This document shows, piece after piece, positions 19,324 through 28,775 of a stretch of DNA of 64,000 nucleotides. The notes under the pieces are model-generated. The model had not been told where the DNA came from. It did not search any database and was given only the letters and a program-made list of their open reading frames with translations. The DNA comes from Candidatus Poribacteria bacterium. Lineage in GTDB: Bacteria > Poribacteria > WGA-4E > WGA-3G. A program made the translations under genes and the position numbers. The stretch is taken from positions 1,248,001-1,312,000 of the forward strand of contig OZ244048.1 in assembly GCA_965215265.1 (NCBI GenBank), in the 5' to 3' direction. Numbering within the stretch: the stretch's first letter is position 1; every line of letters begins with the position of its first letter.

Positions 19324-19906
19324 TCGGGATGGCGTTATTAACCAGAACGTCCCGAACTGCGGTTATGTGATGGACTGGAAGGACTTCGTTTTCATTCCGG
19401 GGGCACGGGACGCGATACGGCACTTGACACAAAGTGGATATCGTATTATTATATTAACTAATCAGGCAGGAATCGGTCGCGGGCTGACGAGCGAGCAGCA
19501 AGTGATGAATATCCACGACCAGATGGTTACGCAAATTGCGGAAAGAGGGGGTAAGATTAGGGCGGTTTACTACTGTCCACACGCGCCTGATGATAAGTGT
19601 GGCTGCCGAAAACCGAAGCCGGGGATGTTAATCCGTGCAGCTCGCGAGCACGAGGTTGAGGTGTCAAGTAGCTATTTCATTGGCGATTCGTTGACAGACA
19701 TAGCTGCAGGTAAAACGGCCGGTGCACCAACGATACTGGTTTTAACAGGACATGGCAAGGCGAGTTACCGTCGGTATATTGATTCGATTAAATCTGAAGA
19801 AATGCTATGTGAACGGCAACCTGCTCCTGATAAAATTTTTACAGATTTATACGCGGCCGCGTGTTGGCTACAAGATGCGAGCGAACACAAAATAGACGGT
19901 GAATAG
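19304..19906 (+). CDS. gmhB: D,D-heptose 1,7-bisphosphate phosphatase
   Basis: FLDRDGVIN, TNQAGIGRG, CPH....C.CRKPKPGM, IGD. Confidence 0.9.
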   Translation: MKTVFLDRDGVINQNVPNCGYVMDWKDFVFIPGARDAIRHLTQSGYRIIILTNQAGIGRGLTSEQQVMNIHDQMVTQIAERGGKIRAVYYCPHAPDDKCGCRKPKPGMLIRAAREHEVEVSSSYFIGDSLTDIAAGKTAGAPTILVLTGHGKASYRRYIDSIKSEEMLCERQPAPDKIFTDLYAAACWLQDASEHKIDGE

Positions 19907-20139
19907 TGAAACGGTAGTAGGGCAACGGTCTAAGTTTTGTGAGAAATAGTAGTAGATTCGTCAAGTTATTTTTTTTCGGGGTGTCTAACAACCACACCCA
20001 AGCAGGAACAGGACAGGTCTTGAAATTGAAATTTAATTATATCAACACTGTAATAAACTAAGCGTCCGTTTGCCTTGCGTGAACTGAAAACTTAAATCTG
20101 CTTACATCAATCAGGTAATAGTCACAATGTCTGTTAAGG

Positions 20140-21492
20140 TTGACACTTGTGCAGCCTTATCGCTTCCATGTACGAAAAATGATTTTAAAAAAAATAGAAA
20201 GTCGTCGTGCCCATGCTGGCGTTATCGGGCTTGGCTATGTAGGGGTTCCCCTCATGGTTGCGATTGCGAATGCCGGTTTTCGGGTTACGGGCATTGATGT
20301 CTGCCATGAGAAAGTAGAGCGGTTAAAACGTGGTATCTCTGGTGTTCCAGATGTTTCGGTTGAGATGTTGGGCTCGCTTATTAGTGGAGATCGGATTCAG
20401 GTAACGACGGATTATAGTGTCGTGCGTGAATTAGATACGGTTAATATTTGTGTGCCAACACCGTTGAGCGTAAATAGAACGCCGGATATACAGTTCATTG
20501 TCTCCGCGGTTAAACAGATTGCCCGGTATTTGCAGCGTGAACAGTTGATTATATTGGAGAGCACGACGTATCCTGGTACAACTGAAGAGATAGTGCTTCC
20601 GATTTTGGAATCTGCCCCCGAGTTCTCGGGTGCGCGAGTGGGCAGGGATTTTTACCTCGCCTTTTCACCCGAACGGATTGAGCCCGGAAATAGCACCTAC
20701 TTCATAAGCAATACGCCTAAGATTGTTGGGGGCATCACGCCGGAATGCACCCAGTTAGCGTGCTACTTCTATGAACAGTTTATCAATAAAACGTATACAG
20801 TGTCTTCTTCTCGCACTGCAGAAATGGTTAAATTATTAGAAAACACGTTCCGAAGTGTTAATATAGGCTTAATAAATGAGATTGCGTTGATATGTAACCT
20901 GATGGATTTAGACGTGTGGGAGATGATTGATGCAGCGGCGACGAAGCCGTTCGGTTTTATGCCGTTTTATCCGGGTCCTGGTTCCGGTGGGCACTGTATT
21001 CCGATTGATCCGCACTATCTTTCTTGGAAGGCTCGGACGTATCAATACCATGCACGGTTTGTTGAGTTAGCCAGTGAGATAAACGGGGCGATGCCCAAAT
21101 ATGTGTGTGACAAAATCATTGATGCTCTGAATCAGCGTCAAAAATCGCTGAACGGTTCAAATCTTCTTATATTAGGGGTTGCTTACAAAAAAGAGATAGG
21201 CGATATCCGCGAGTCTCCTGCGATTGAAGTGATTCGATTACTTCTTGACAAAAAAGCGAATGTCGTATATCATGATCCGTATGTACCGTCGTTCGCGCTT
21301 GGTGATAGGAAAAGCTATCATTCTCAGCGGTTGACATCGGATTTAATAAAAAGTGTTGATGGGGTTGTAATTTTGACAGACCATGGTGTGATAGATTACG
21401 GTTGGGTTGTGGCGCATTCGCGATTTGTCGTTGACACGCGTAATGCTACCGGTGGCATTGCGTATCGCCATGACAAAATTATCAAGATTTAG
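20140..21492 (+). CDS. UDP-N-acetylglucosamine 6-dehydrogenase (WbpA/TviB-type nucleotide sugar dehydrogenase); start uncertain
   Basis: GLGYVG, CVPTP, ESTTYPGTT, FSPER, KLLENTFR, GGHCIPIDP.YL, D.RESPA. Confidence 0.9.
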   Translation: MTLVQPYRFHVRKMILKKIESRRAHAGVIGLGYVGVPLMVAIANAGFRVTGIDVCHEKVERLKRGISGVPDVSVEMLGSLISGDRIQVTTDYSVVRELDTVNICVPTPLSVNRTPDIQFIVSAVKQIARYLQREQLIILESTTYPGTTEEIVLPILESAPEFSGARVGRDFYLAFSPERIEPGNSTYFISNTPKIVGGITPECTQLACYFYEQFINKTYTVSSSRTAEMVKLLENTFRSVNIGLINEIALICNLMDLDVWEMIDAAATKPFGFMPFYPGPGSGGHCIPIDPHYLSWKARTYQYHARFVELASEINGAMPKYVCDKIIDALNQRQKSLNGSNLLILGVAYKKEIGDIRESPAIEVIRLLLDKKANVVYHDPYVPSFALGDRKSYHSQRLTSDLIKSVDGVVILTDHGVIDYGWVVAHSRFVVDTRNATGGIAYRHDKIIKI

Positions 21493-21630
21493 GTTTTCGT
21501 CTCTTGCTTTATATTATATAAACGGGCAAGGCAAAGTTCTAAAGGGCGCTAAATTCTTTTCTGACATGCCTTGTGGATGTAAAAAAAATTAGAACGGTTA
21601 TAGGGATTATAAAAGATAACGGAGTATTGC

Positions 21631-23199
21631 ATGATGTCAAGACTGAATCTAAAATTGCAGATGCACCGGGCTCAGCTGAAGTGGTTTCTCGATCTGTTTT
21701 TAGATGAAAGGGCGACTTTCCAATTGGCTGTGAGTGCCGGTCTTCTCTTGGATATAGACCGGTTGTACTCATTGTCAAAACGTGAACTAATGGAGAACTT
21801 AACGGATGCCTTTTTTATACAGGATAACGTAAAAGAGGTCGTGATTCGATTCTTTACAGACCAGGCACAAGCAGCAATAGAGCGGGTGGGCTATATGAAG
21901 GTAGAGGAGATTGAATCGTTTTTCAATACTTCAGAAATACTATTTGAAGCGGATGAATTCGCGGAAGTGGTTTGGGCCCTTTTAACAGACCAACGGACAG
22001 CAGTTGCTCAGCACGGGTATAACCTTCTCAATGCGACGTATGAGTCTGCCGGTGTGCTGGAGGCGGATAGGGACGAAAACGTTCACGCCAATCAAATTTC
22101 TGCAGAGACAGTCAAGAAACTTCATGCAGCGTATGCATCGGATGTGGCACGTGCGAAGGCGGAATTTGACAATCGTAGCCGTGACCTGGAGCAGCTTCAG
22201 CGAAAATGTACAGATTTAAAAGGGCAGCGTGCCGCTCTTGAAAAAAAGCAGCAACGTTTGGAACAACACGTGGCGTTTCTGCTTGAAGAGAACGAGGTAT
22301 TGAAGCGACGGGCGGAAGACTATCACACAGATCAAAAGTGTCTGAAGGAGTTGGAGCATGAGAATAGTCTTCTCCGTGAAAAGGAGACGCAATATGTAGA
22401 AACGGTGGCGAGTCTTCAACAAGTGCTCGCAGAAAATCAGCAGCTAGTCGCGGAACAAGAAGCAGGTGCCGCGCGATTGAAGGAATATGAGCAAATTAAG
22501 ATCGCAAAAGAGACATTTGCGGCTGAGTTGACTTTGGTAGAAGAAGCCGTTTACAAAGGCAATCAAGGCTTAGAAGAACTTCAAACGAACCTTGATACAC
22601 ATCTGAGTGCGTTGCAAAAATTCCATGAATCGGCGCGTGGCGCGCTGACGCAGATGCGCGAAACAATGGCCCATCTAGATACACCGCAGCCGGGAGCGCC
22701 GGATGGGCAGCAGACGAAAGTTGCCCAACAGCCGCGCGTAGGCGTATTCGTTGATGTTCAAAATATGTTCTATGCTGCGAAAGACCGGTTCGCACGGCGT
22801 GTTGATTACATAAAACTCTTAGACCTAATAGTGGGGCCCCGGCAATTGCTGGCTGCATACGCTTACGTCGTCCAGATTCCTGAAATTAATCAGTCCAGTT
22901 TTCTGTCGTTGCTTGAACATAATGGGTACACAATTAAAAGCAAAGACTTACGGTTACGCGGAGATGGTTCTGCCAAAGGAGATTGGGATGTCGGGATAGC
23001 GGTTGATGTTGTCTCCATGCTCGGTACTTTGGATGTGGTGATTTTAGCAAGTGGAGATGGAGATTTTTGTCCGCTCGCGGAACTCATCAAGCAGCAAGAT
23101 AAACGAGTAGAGGTTGTTGCCTTTGAGCATAATACTTCAATGGATTTACAACAAATCGCAGATCAGTTTTTTCCTATAGGTAATGAACTTTTAATTTAA
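21631..23199 (+). CDS. Coiled-coil protein with C-terminal NYN (LabA/DUF88) domain
   Basis: VFVDVQNMFY, KGDWDVGIAVD, LASGDGDF, VEV.AF. Confidence 0.85.
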   Translation: MMSRLNLKLQMHRAQLKWFLDLFLDERATFQLAVSAGLLLDIDRLYSLSKRELMENLTDAFFIQDNVKEVVIRFFTDQAQAAIERVGYMKVEEIESFFNTSEILFEADEFAEVVWALLTDQRTAVAQHGYNLLNATYESAGVLEADRDENVHANQISAETVKKLHAAYASDVARAKAEFDNRSRDLEQLQRKCTDLKGQRAALEKKQQRLEQHVAFLLEENEVLKRRAEDYHTDQKCLKELEHENSLLREKETQYVETVASLQQVLAENQQLVAEQEAGAARLKEYEQIKIAKETFAAELTLVEEAVYKGNQGLEELQTNLDTHLSALQKFHESARGALTQMRETMAHLDTPQPGAPDGQQTKVAQQPRVGVFVDVQNMFYAAKDRFARRVDYIKLLDLIVGPRQLLAAYAYVVQIPEINQSSFLSLLEHNGYTIKSKDLRLRGDGSAKGDWDVGIAVDVVSMLGTLDVVILASGDGDFCPLAELIKQQDKRVEVVAFEHNTSMDLQQIADQFFPIGNELLI

Positions 23200-23323
23200 T
23201 TTTTGTACATCTTTTTTCCCTAAGGGCACCCAAAAGGATGGATTTATGTGTTGATATAGATTTGTGTAAAAACATATTTTTTCTCTTAATTAGCATTGTA
23301 CGCCTTAACCAATTTATAAAAAA

Positions 23324-23590
23324 ATGGAACGTATTAATCCTGTTTTCTGGGCCCCGCCAGCGGTACATAAGATAAGCGTTGATTGGGAGAAAACGGTTCG
23401 GGAGCAAGGCGGGGATCCTGCCGAGATTGAGAAGCTTGCGAGAAAAGTGGTTGAAGAATCATAACCCAGTGAGGCTCTGACGAGATTTACACACGAGTTA
23501 TCAAAACATAGACGTTGATGGTACGGAGATATACGAAAGAGCGTAGAAGTTATCATACGCTACTACACTGCAAAAATTATGAAAGGATAA
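23324..23590 (+). pseudogene. Small (60 aa) ORF interrupted by an 84-bp element at 23456-23539
   Basis: MERINPVFW...ARKVVE | element (brings TAA) | SVEVIIRYYTAKIMKG*; removing 84 bp gives one open frame ending just before the M23 gene. No clear SD, so the gene is tentative. Confidence 0.55.
23456..23539 (+). repeat. 84-bp dispersed element (subtype A)
   Basis: GAATCATAAC...CTCTGACGAGATTTACACACG...GTACGGAGATATACGAAAG. Confidence 0.9.
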
Positions 23591-23598
23591 TTGATTGG

Positions 23599-24570
23599 AT
23601 GTATACACTCATTGTTATGTCATCTGGTGGTAAGTCAGTACGTCAGCATGCAATTACTCATTGGCACGTGCTGCTCTTCGCTGTTTTAATCTTTGCAGCG
23701 GTTGTTGGAACCTTTGGTGGTATCGGTTACGGGCTATTCCAAAAAAAGAGAGAGATGCGGGCTGAAGCCGAGTTACAGAAAAGTTTGGAGAGAATTGAAA
23801 GCTTAGACCGGGAAAGGCTTATCATTAACACCAAGCTTGAGAACGTTGAAGAGGAGATGCAAAATATCCGCGAGATGGCTAACAAGGTTAAGGAGGGATT
23901 AGGCATCCTCGGACAAGGTGGTGGCATTCATGACCCCGTATCGGTATCAGAAAACGGATCTGATTTTTGGGCGGATAATGGTTCAGAAGTCGTTGAGTCC
24001 GATTCGTATTATAACGAGGTGGCATCACCGTTAATACCGGATCAAGTGCGTGAAGAAATTTTACCTCTGTACGATTACGTTGTTACGTACGAAAAACTTC
24101 TTAATGAATATCCTTCAATCCTGCCAATTCAACTTGAAAGTAAAACTGGAGCGGAGAAGCAGAGGTACGTTTTTTGGTATTCCTCGCGTTTTGGCATGCG
24201 CGTCCACCCGTTAACGCGTAAACGTGAATTTCACTACGGCTTGGACATTAAAACCCGTTCCGGCGCACCTGTTATTGCTGCTGCTGCTGGGTTCATTACG
24301 AAGGTTACAAGAGATCCTTATCTAGGAAAAATGGTTGAGGTTCACCACAAATCGCAAAAACTGAAAACGATATATGCGCATTTGAAAGACTACGCTGCAG
24401 GTCTTAAAAAAGGACAGGAAGTGAGCCGCGGACAGATTATTGGTTATGTAGGCAGTACTGGGCGTAGCACGGGGCCTCATCTACACTATGGCGTTTATGA
24501 TACGCGGAGAGGGAAGTGGGTGAATCCGATTGGCTACATTCTCGATCAGCAACCAACTTTTTCGCCTTAA
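23599..24570 (+). CDS. M23 family metallopeptidase with TM helix and coiled coil
   Basis: FG.R.HP...FHYGLDI, YAHL, G.VGSTGRSTGPHLHY. Confidence 0.9.
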   Translation: MYTLIVMSSGGKSVRQHAITHWHVLLFAVLIFAAVVGTFGGIGYGLFQKKREMRAEAELQKSLERIESLDRERLIINTKLENVEEEMQNIREMANKVKEGLGILGQGGGIHDPVSVSENGSDFWADNGSEVVESDSYYNEVASPLIPDQVREEILPLYDYVVTYEKLLNEYPSILPIQLESKTGAEKQRYVFWYSSRFGMRVHPLTRKREFHYGLDIKTRSGAPVIAAAAGFITKVTRDPYLGKMVEVHHKSQKLKTIYAHLKDYAAGLKKGQEVSRGQIIGYVGSTGRSTGPHLHYGVYDTRRGKWVNPIGYILDQQPTFSP

Positions 24571-24577
24571 GGTTCAT

Positions 24578-26008
24578 GTGAACGCAGTACGACATCATTG
24601 GCTCTGCTTTATTGTTGTTCCGGTAGTGTGCCTGTTTGTTCACGTGGATGCAGTTTTAGCCGGGTGGGTTTCTTCACCTTCAGAGAATCTTCCGCTTTGT
24701 ACGGCCCTGAATGAACAACACTTTCCGGTACTGACAAGCGATGGCACAGGTGGTGCCATTATGACTTGGAGTGATGCGCGGGCGGAGAACCGGGATATTT
24801 TTGCCCAGCGCGTGAGTGCAAGCGGAGAGATGCTCTGGAACGCCGACGGTATCCCGGTTTGTGATACACCAGCATCACAAAGCTGGCCGCTGATTGTTAG
24901 CGATGAAGAGGGTGGGGCTATCATCGTTTGGGGAGATACACGTTACGGTAATCAAGACATCTACGCACAGCGTATTGACACAAACGGGCTCAAACAGTGG
25001 GTACGTGAAGGCGTTTCTGTTTGCACCGAGCCCGCTTTACAAGATGGATTGAAAGTTATTGCTGACGGTGAGGGTGGCGTAATTGTTACGTGGGAAGATT
25101 GGCGCAACGGAAATCAGGATATCTATGCGCAAAGAATTAGTGGAACTGGGGTGCCGTTGTGGGAGGCGAATGGTGTGCCGGTTTACAAAGGCGTGGGGGA
25201 TCAGTACGACCCGGTTTTAATAGCAGATACGATGGGCGGCGCGATTTTCGCTTGGTGGGATATCAGTACTCCGGATTGGAACATTTTCGCGCAGCGTCTG
25301 TCGGCAAATGGCACGCCTATGTGGGGTTTGGCTGATGGCGTCGATGCTCGTTCTAGGGCGATTCCTGTTTGCACAGCCATGGGCAACCAAGGCGGTCCTG
25401 CTGTTGTAGGTGACGAGAAAGGTGGCGCTTTTTTCGTCTGGTCTGACTACCGCAACGATCCGAATTTCTACACGACTGCACAGCTGTACGCGCAGCGTAT
25501 TAGTTCAGCAGGTGTCGCGCAGTGGCAAAAAGACGGCATCCCGATTAGTACGTTACCTTACAATCAACAACAACCTGCTTGTGTCGGCGACGGAGCAGGG
25601 GGTTTCATTGTGGTTTGGTGGGATGAGCGTGATGTTTTCGCGGACATCTATGCTCAGCGTGTCAATGCTGAGGGTACAGTGCACTGGGCGATAGAGGGTG
25701 TGCCTGTATGTACTGGAGCAGGTGTACAGCGCGAGCCGCAGCTAGTCGCCACAGGTGATGGCGGTGCAATTGTCTACTGGCTAGATTATCGAGAAGACTT
25801 TGGCGATTCGACTGAGGATGCTATTTACGCGCAGCGCCTTGATGCAACAGGTACAGTATTGTGGGAAATGGATGGAATGCCTGTCTGTACAGCGAGCAAA
25901 GAGCAACGGAGCCCGCAGGCTATCGCCTCTGGTGATGGCAGCGCGATTATCATCTGGAGCGATGCTCGTGGGGCAGATGACGATATCTATATTCACCGTG
26001 TCCCATAA
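24578..26008 (+). CDS. Secreted repeat protein (GGAIIxWxDxR...DIYAQR repeats, probable beta-propeller)
   Basis: About 7 repeats of DG.GG.I..W.D.R....DIYAQR; signal peptide. Confidence 0.75.
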   Translation: MNAVRHHWLCFIVVPVVCLFVHVDAVLAGWVSSPSENLPLCTALNEQHFPVLTSDGTGGAIMTWSDARAENRDIFAQRVSASGEMLWNADGIPVCDTPASQSWPLIVSDEEGGAIIVWGDTRYGNQDIYAQRIDTNGLKQWVREGVSVCTEPALQDGLKVIADGEGGVIVTWEDWRNGNQDIYAQRISGTGVPLWEANGVPVYKGVGDQYDPVLIADTMGGAIFAWWDISTPDWNIFAQRLSANGTPMWGLADGVDARSRAIPVCTAMGNQGGPAVVGDEKGGAFFVWSDYRNDPNFYTTAQLYAQRISSAGVAQWQKDGIPISTLPYNQQQPACVGDGAGGFIVVWWDERDVFADIYAQRVNAEGTVHWAIEGVPVCTGAGVQREPQLVATGDGGAIVYWLDYREDFGDSTEDAIYAQRLDATGTVLWEMDGMPVCTASKEQRSPQAIASGDGSAIIIWSDARGADDDIYIHRVP

Positions 26009-26337
26009 TAATTATTTTTCGCTAATTGTCCTAACCTTCCTGCAAGTATACTCTGTAAATACCGCCTCGGGAAATCACTCCTCACAGTCAGCCGGTTGAC
26101 GGAGATATCGCGATGTGGAGAACATGCCGACATTTTCTATGAACAGGTTGCTCTGCTCGCGCGAAAACCTTTATGCTGAGTCGCCGGTTGATAGGCGATG
26201 AATCGCCCTATGACAAATCTACCGTATCCAAACCAATGGCCGGCCAGGGTGTACTCCTCATTCCATTATCAGGTGCCTCCGGCACGAGGTGATGGAAAGG
26301 TTCTGCCCCCGCAAGTGGAGGGCGAGGCAGAATAGTC

Positions 26338-28440
26338 TTAGCTATTTGTCAATTCGGCGAGTTTGGTTAGATGCCAATTGACATCCTCTAATGCCTCATA
26401 AACGACCCCACCTTCAACGTTCTCAGGCATTGGGAGTCCGAGTAAGTAGCAGAGAGTTGGGGCGACATCGACGACGCGAACTTGCCGCTTGAGTGCGATG
26501 CCTTCTCTAACGCCGGCTCCCGATAAAATAAACGTGGAGTGTTGTCCGCCAATGCCGAAACTTACAGAGGGTAATTGCTTGCCATGCGCGCCGTCAAACT
26601 CGGGTCTAAGTGCGTAGACTACGTCTCCGACTAACTCTCCGTGTAGGTTCAACATTTCTGCATCGGCACGCGTTACAGCTAATGTGAAGGGCTGTCGCCC
26701 TGTTTCTGGATCTTGGTAAGCGTGAAGTGCGTCGATAATTTCGCGCTGAGTTGCTTCATAGGCTTCCAGTGTAACGATGCCGTTGGGTTCGCGGCCGGCT
26801 AGATTGATAAAGATATGCACGAGTCCGACGTTGACAGCGCGCGTTTTCGTCCAGTCTATTTCCCCGTCTGTCGTTCGGACGATGAAGCCTGTTTCTTCGA
26901 GGACCTTTTCAATATCAACGGCTTTAAATTGGTTAGGTGTGCCGCCGTGGTCTGAGCAGACGAGGATAACGGTGTTTTCATCGGCGAGCTGCATCAAACG
27001 TCCAATCATCCTATCAACAGATTCATAAGTACGGCGGATTCCTTCGCGGCAGCGGTGGATGGTTTCTGGTGCGGCACCACTAATTTCATCGGCTTGGCTG
27101 AGGAAGAAATGGCTGGCGTAATCGGGTGCATGGGATTCAACCATGAGGACATCCCAATTGTTGATTGTTGCGAGGTGCGTTGCAACATCCGCGAGCCGTT
27201 GATGGTGGTATTCAAGAAGTTCAAAATAGGTATCGTCATCGATCTGACCGAGCGCGTCGCGTGCCGGATTTTGAAGGAAAGAGCCGACCTCGGCATCAAT
27301 CTGGACTGCTACTGTTGAAGGCACGGTGTATTCTTCTCGTGGCCAAACCTGTGGTACGAACAGCTCAAAGGCATCCGCAGTCGGTGTGAGGGTGATAAGC
27401 TTCAGGCGGACGTAACCTTCAACCTCTTTTCCGTCAATCTCATTAGAATCATAACATCGGAACCCTCTGACGAGATTTACACACGAGCCATCAAAGCAGA
27501 AGCGTTGACAGTACGGAGATATACAAAAAAAGGTATCGAGCCACCAATCGCTCCAGTCGCCTACACTGAGTTCTGCGATTCGCTCTGCTCCGGAACGGCT
27601 TCGGCAGATCTGTATTTTGTCGTATCCGTTTTTTCCAGAGGCATATATGAATCCATACGAGACTATACCTAAGGAACCTCCGACGAGATTTACACACGTT
27701 TTATCATAGCATCAGCATTGACGGTACTGAGCTATACGAAAAAACGTTTTGGGTGTTCCTGTTTCGCCGCGGTTCATCTCTTCTCTACCGCGTGCTAGGG
27801 GTTGGATAGTGAGTTCAACTTCCAGGACTGGCTTTTCCGATTTAGGCAAGCGATTCGCTTCGGCACTGTTGGCCAGTTGGAGTGTCACCGCATCTATGTG
27901 GCGTACTTTCTGTAATGCACTCGGATCTAAGGTTTCTGGGTCTCGTTGGCCACCGATAGGGCGCGGTGCCCATTTTCCTGCGACAAAGAGGTGATATCCT
28001 GCAATTTGATGATGGTTTGAGACACCGGGGCCGGTTCCTTCTACCTGAATTCCGGTTTTGACGGTTGGTGGCCAGGACATTTCCCACTTAACAAAGATCG
28101 GTTTTCCGCCGGCACGTTCAACAAGATTCCAGAGGTATTCGGATTGACATAGAGCCGTGTTGATTCCCCAGACGGTTTTGTCGAGTTTTTCGCCGATTGC
28201 TCTGATATTGAAGTCCATGACCTGATGCGTCCCGGGCCATGAGCCTGTGGAGAGAGCGGTCCAACCGGGTGGGGTAAGTGTTGGGAAGAACCCGATCATC
28301 GGTCGGTACACCCCAGTCTGTAGCAGCTGCGCCATATTGGGGGCATGTCCCCAGTCAATGGAATTTTTGACGAGTTCCATGCTGGCACCGTCCATTCCGA
28401 TAATAATTGCGCGTTTTGCAGGTGCGAGTTGTGTCCGCAT
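26338..28440 (-). CDS. Alkaline-phosphatase-superfamily phosphodiesterase/nucleotide pyrophosphatase; one reading frame with two in-frame 84-bp inserts and a single TGA (27712-27714) inside one insert
   Basis: IIIGMDGAS, PTLTPPGW..LSTG, CSDHG, VDVAPTL. ORF-track pieces 27712-28440 and 26338-27324 are in the same frame and the 129 codons between them are open. Confidence 0.85.
27446..27529 (+). repeat. 84-bp element inserted in frame in the phosphodiesterase gene
   Basis: Reads FCISPYCQRFCFDGSCVNLVRGFRCYDS in the gene frame. Confidence 0.9.
27659..27742 (+). repeat. 84-bp element inserted in frame, contains TGA
   Basis: Reads FRIAQYRQC*CYDKTCVNLVGGSLGIVS in the gene frame. Confidence 0.9.
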
Positions 28441-28444
28441 ATTA

Positions 28445-28528
28445 GAGTCAATACATCAGGAGCCTCCGACGAGATTTACACACGAGCTGTCAATACCTAA
28501 GCGTTGATGGTACGGAGATATACAAAAA
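28445..28528 (+). repeat. 84-bp element between the SD and the ATG of the phosphodiesterase gene
   Basis: Minus strand AAAAGGAGCAA|element|TAAT ATG. Confidence 0.9.
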
Positions 28529-28637
28529 TTGCTCCTTTTGGTTTCTGTAGGCGTTAGCGTTGCCTTTGGCTTCAATCTCCCGTTGCCTCCACAAGTGGCA
28601 GGCTAGGTTTTCTTTTTCTCTCCTCGAGGACAGAAAA

Positions 28638-28730
28638 GTGACGAGATAGGTATTCTTTGTCTGTCCATGAGACAAGATTACCTTTTATCTGCCACCCACT
28701 GGGATTACCTTTTACCTGCCACCCATTGGG
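28638..28730. repeat. REP-like hairpin element (second family)
   Basis: CGAGATAGGTATTCTTTGTCT...CAAGATTACCTTTTA...GCCACCCACTGGG shared with 31468-31527, 1648-1683 and (reverse) 3782-3845. Confidence 0.75.
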
Positions 28731-28775
28731 GCAGAGGCGGCATGGTAACCCGTTTGCGTCTGTCCTTTTTAGGGG

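Noticed and set aside
26010-26337. ncRNA or riboswitch in the convergent intergenic gap
   Set aside because: Only isolated hairpins; no recognisable RNase P, tmRNA, SRP or riboswitch motif.
27446-28528. 84-bp repeats as CRISPR repeats or integron attC sites
   Set aside because: Irregular spacing, intervening DNA is contiguous coding sequence of one gene, and there are no RYYYAAC/GTTRRRY boxes or integrase.
1620-28528. 84-bp element as a conserved 28-aa peptide module
   Set aside because: Stops occur in some copies in the frames examined and most copies are intergenic.
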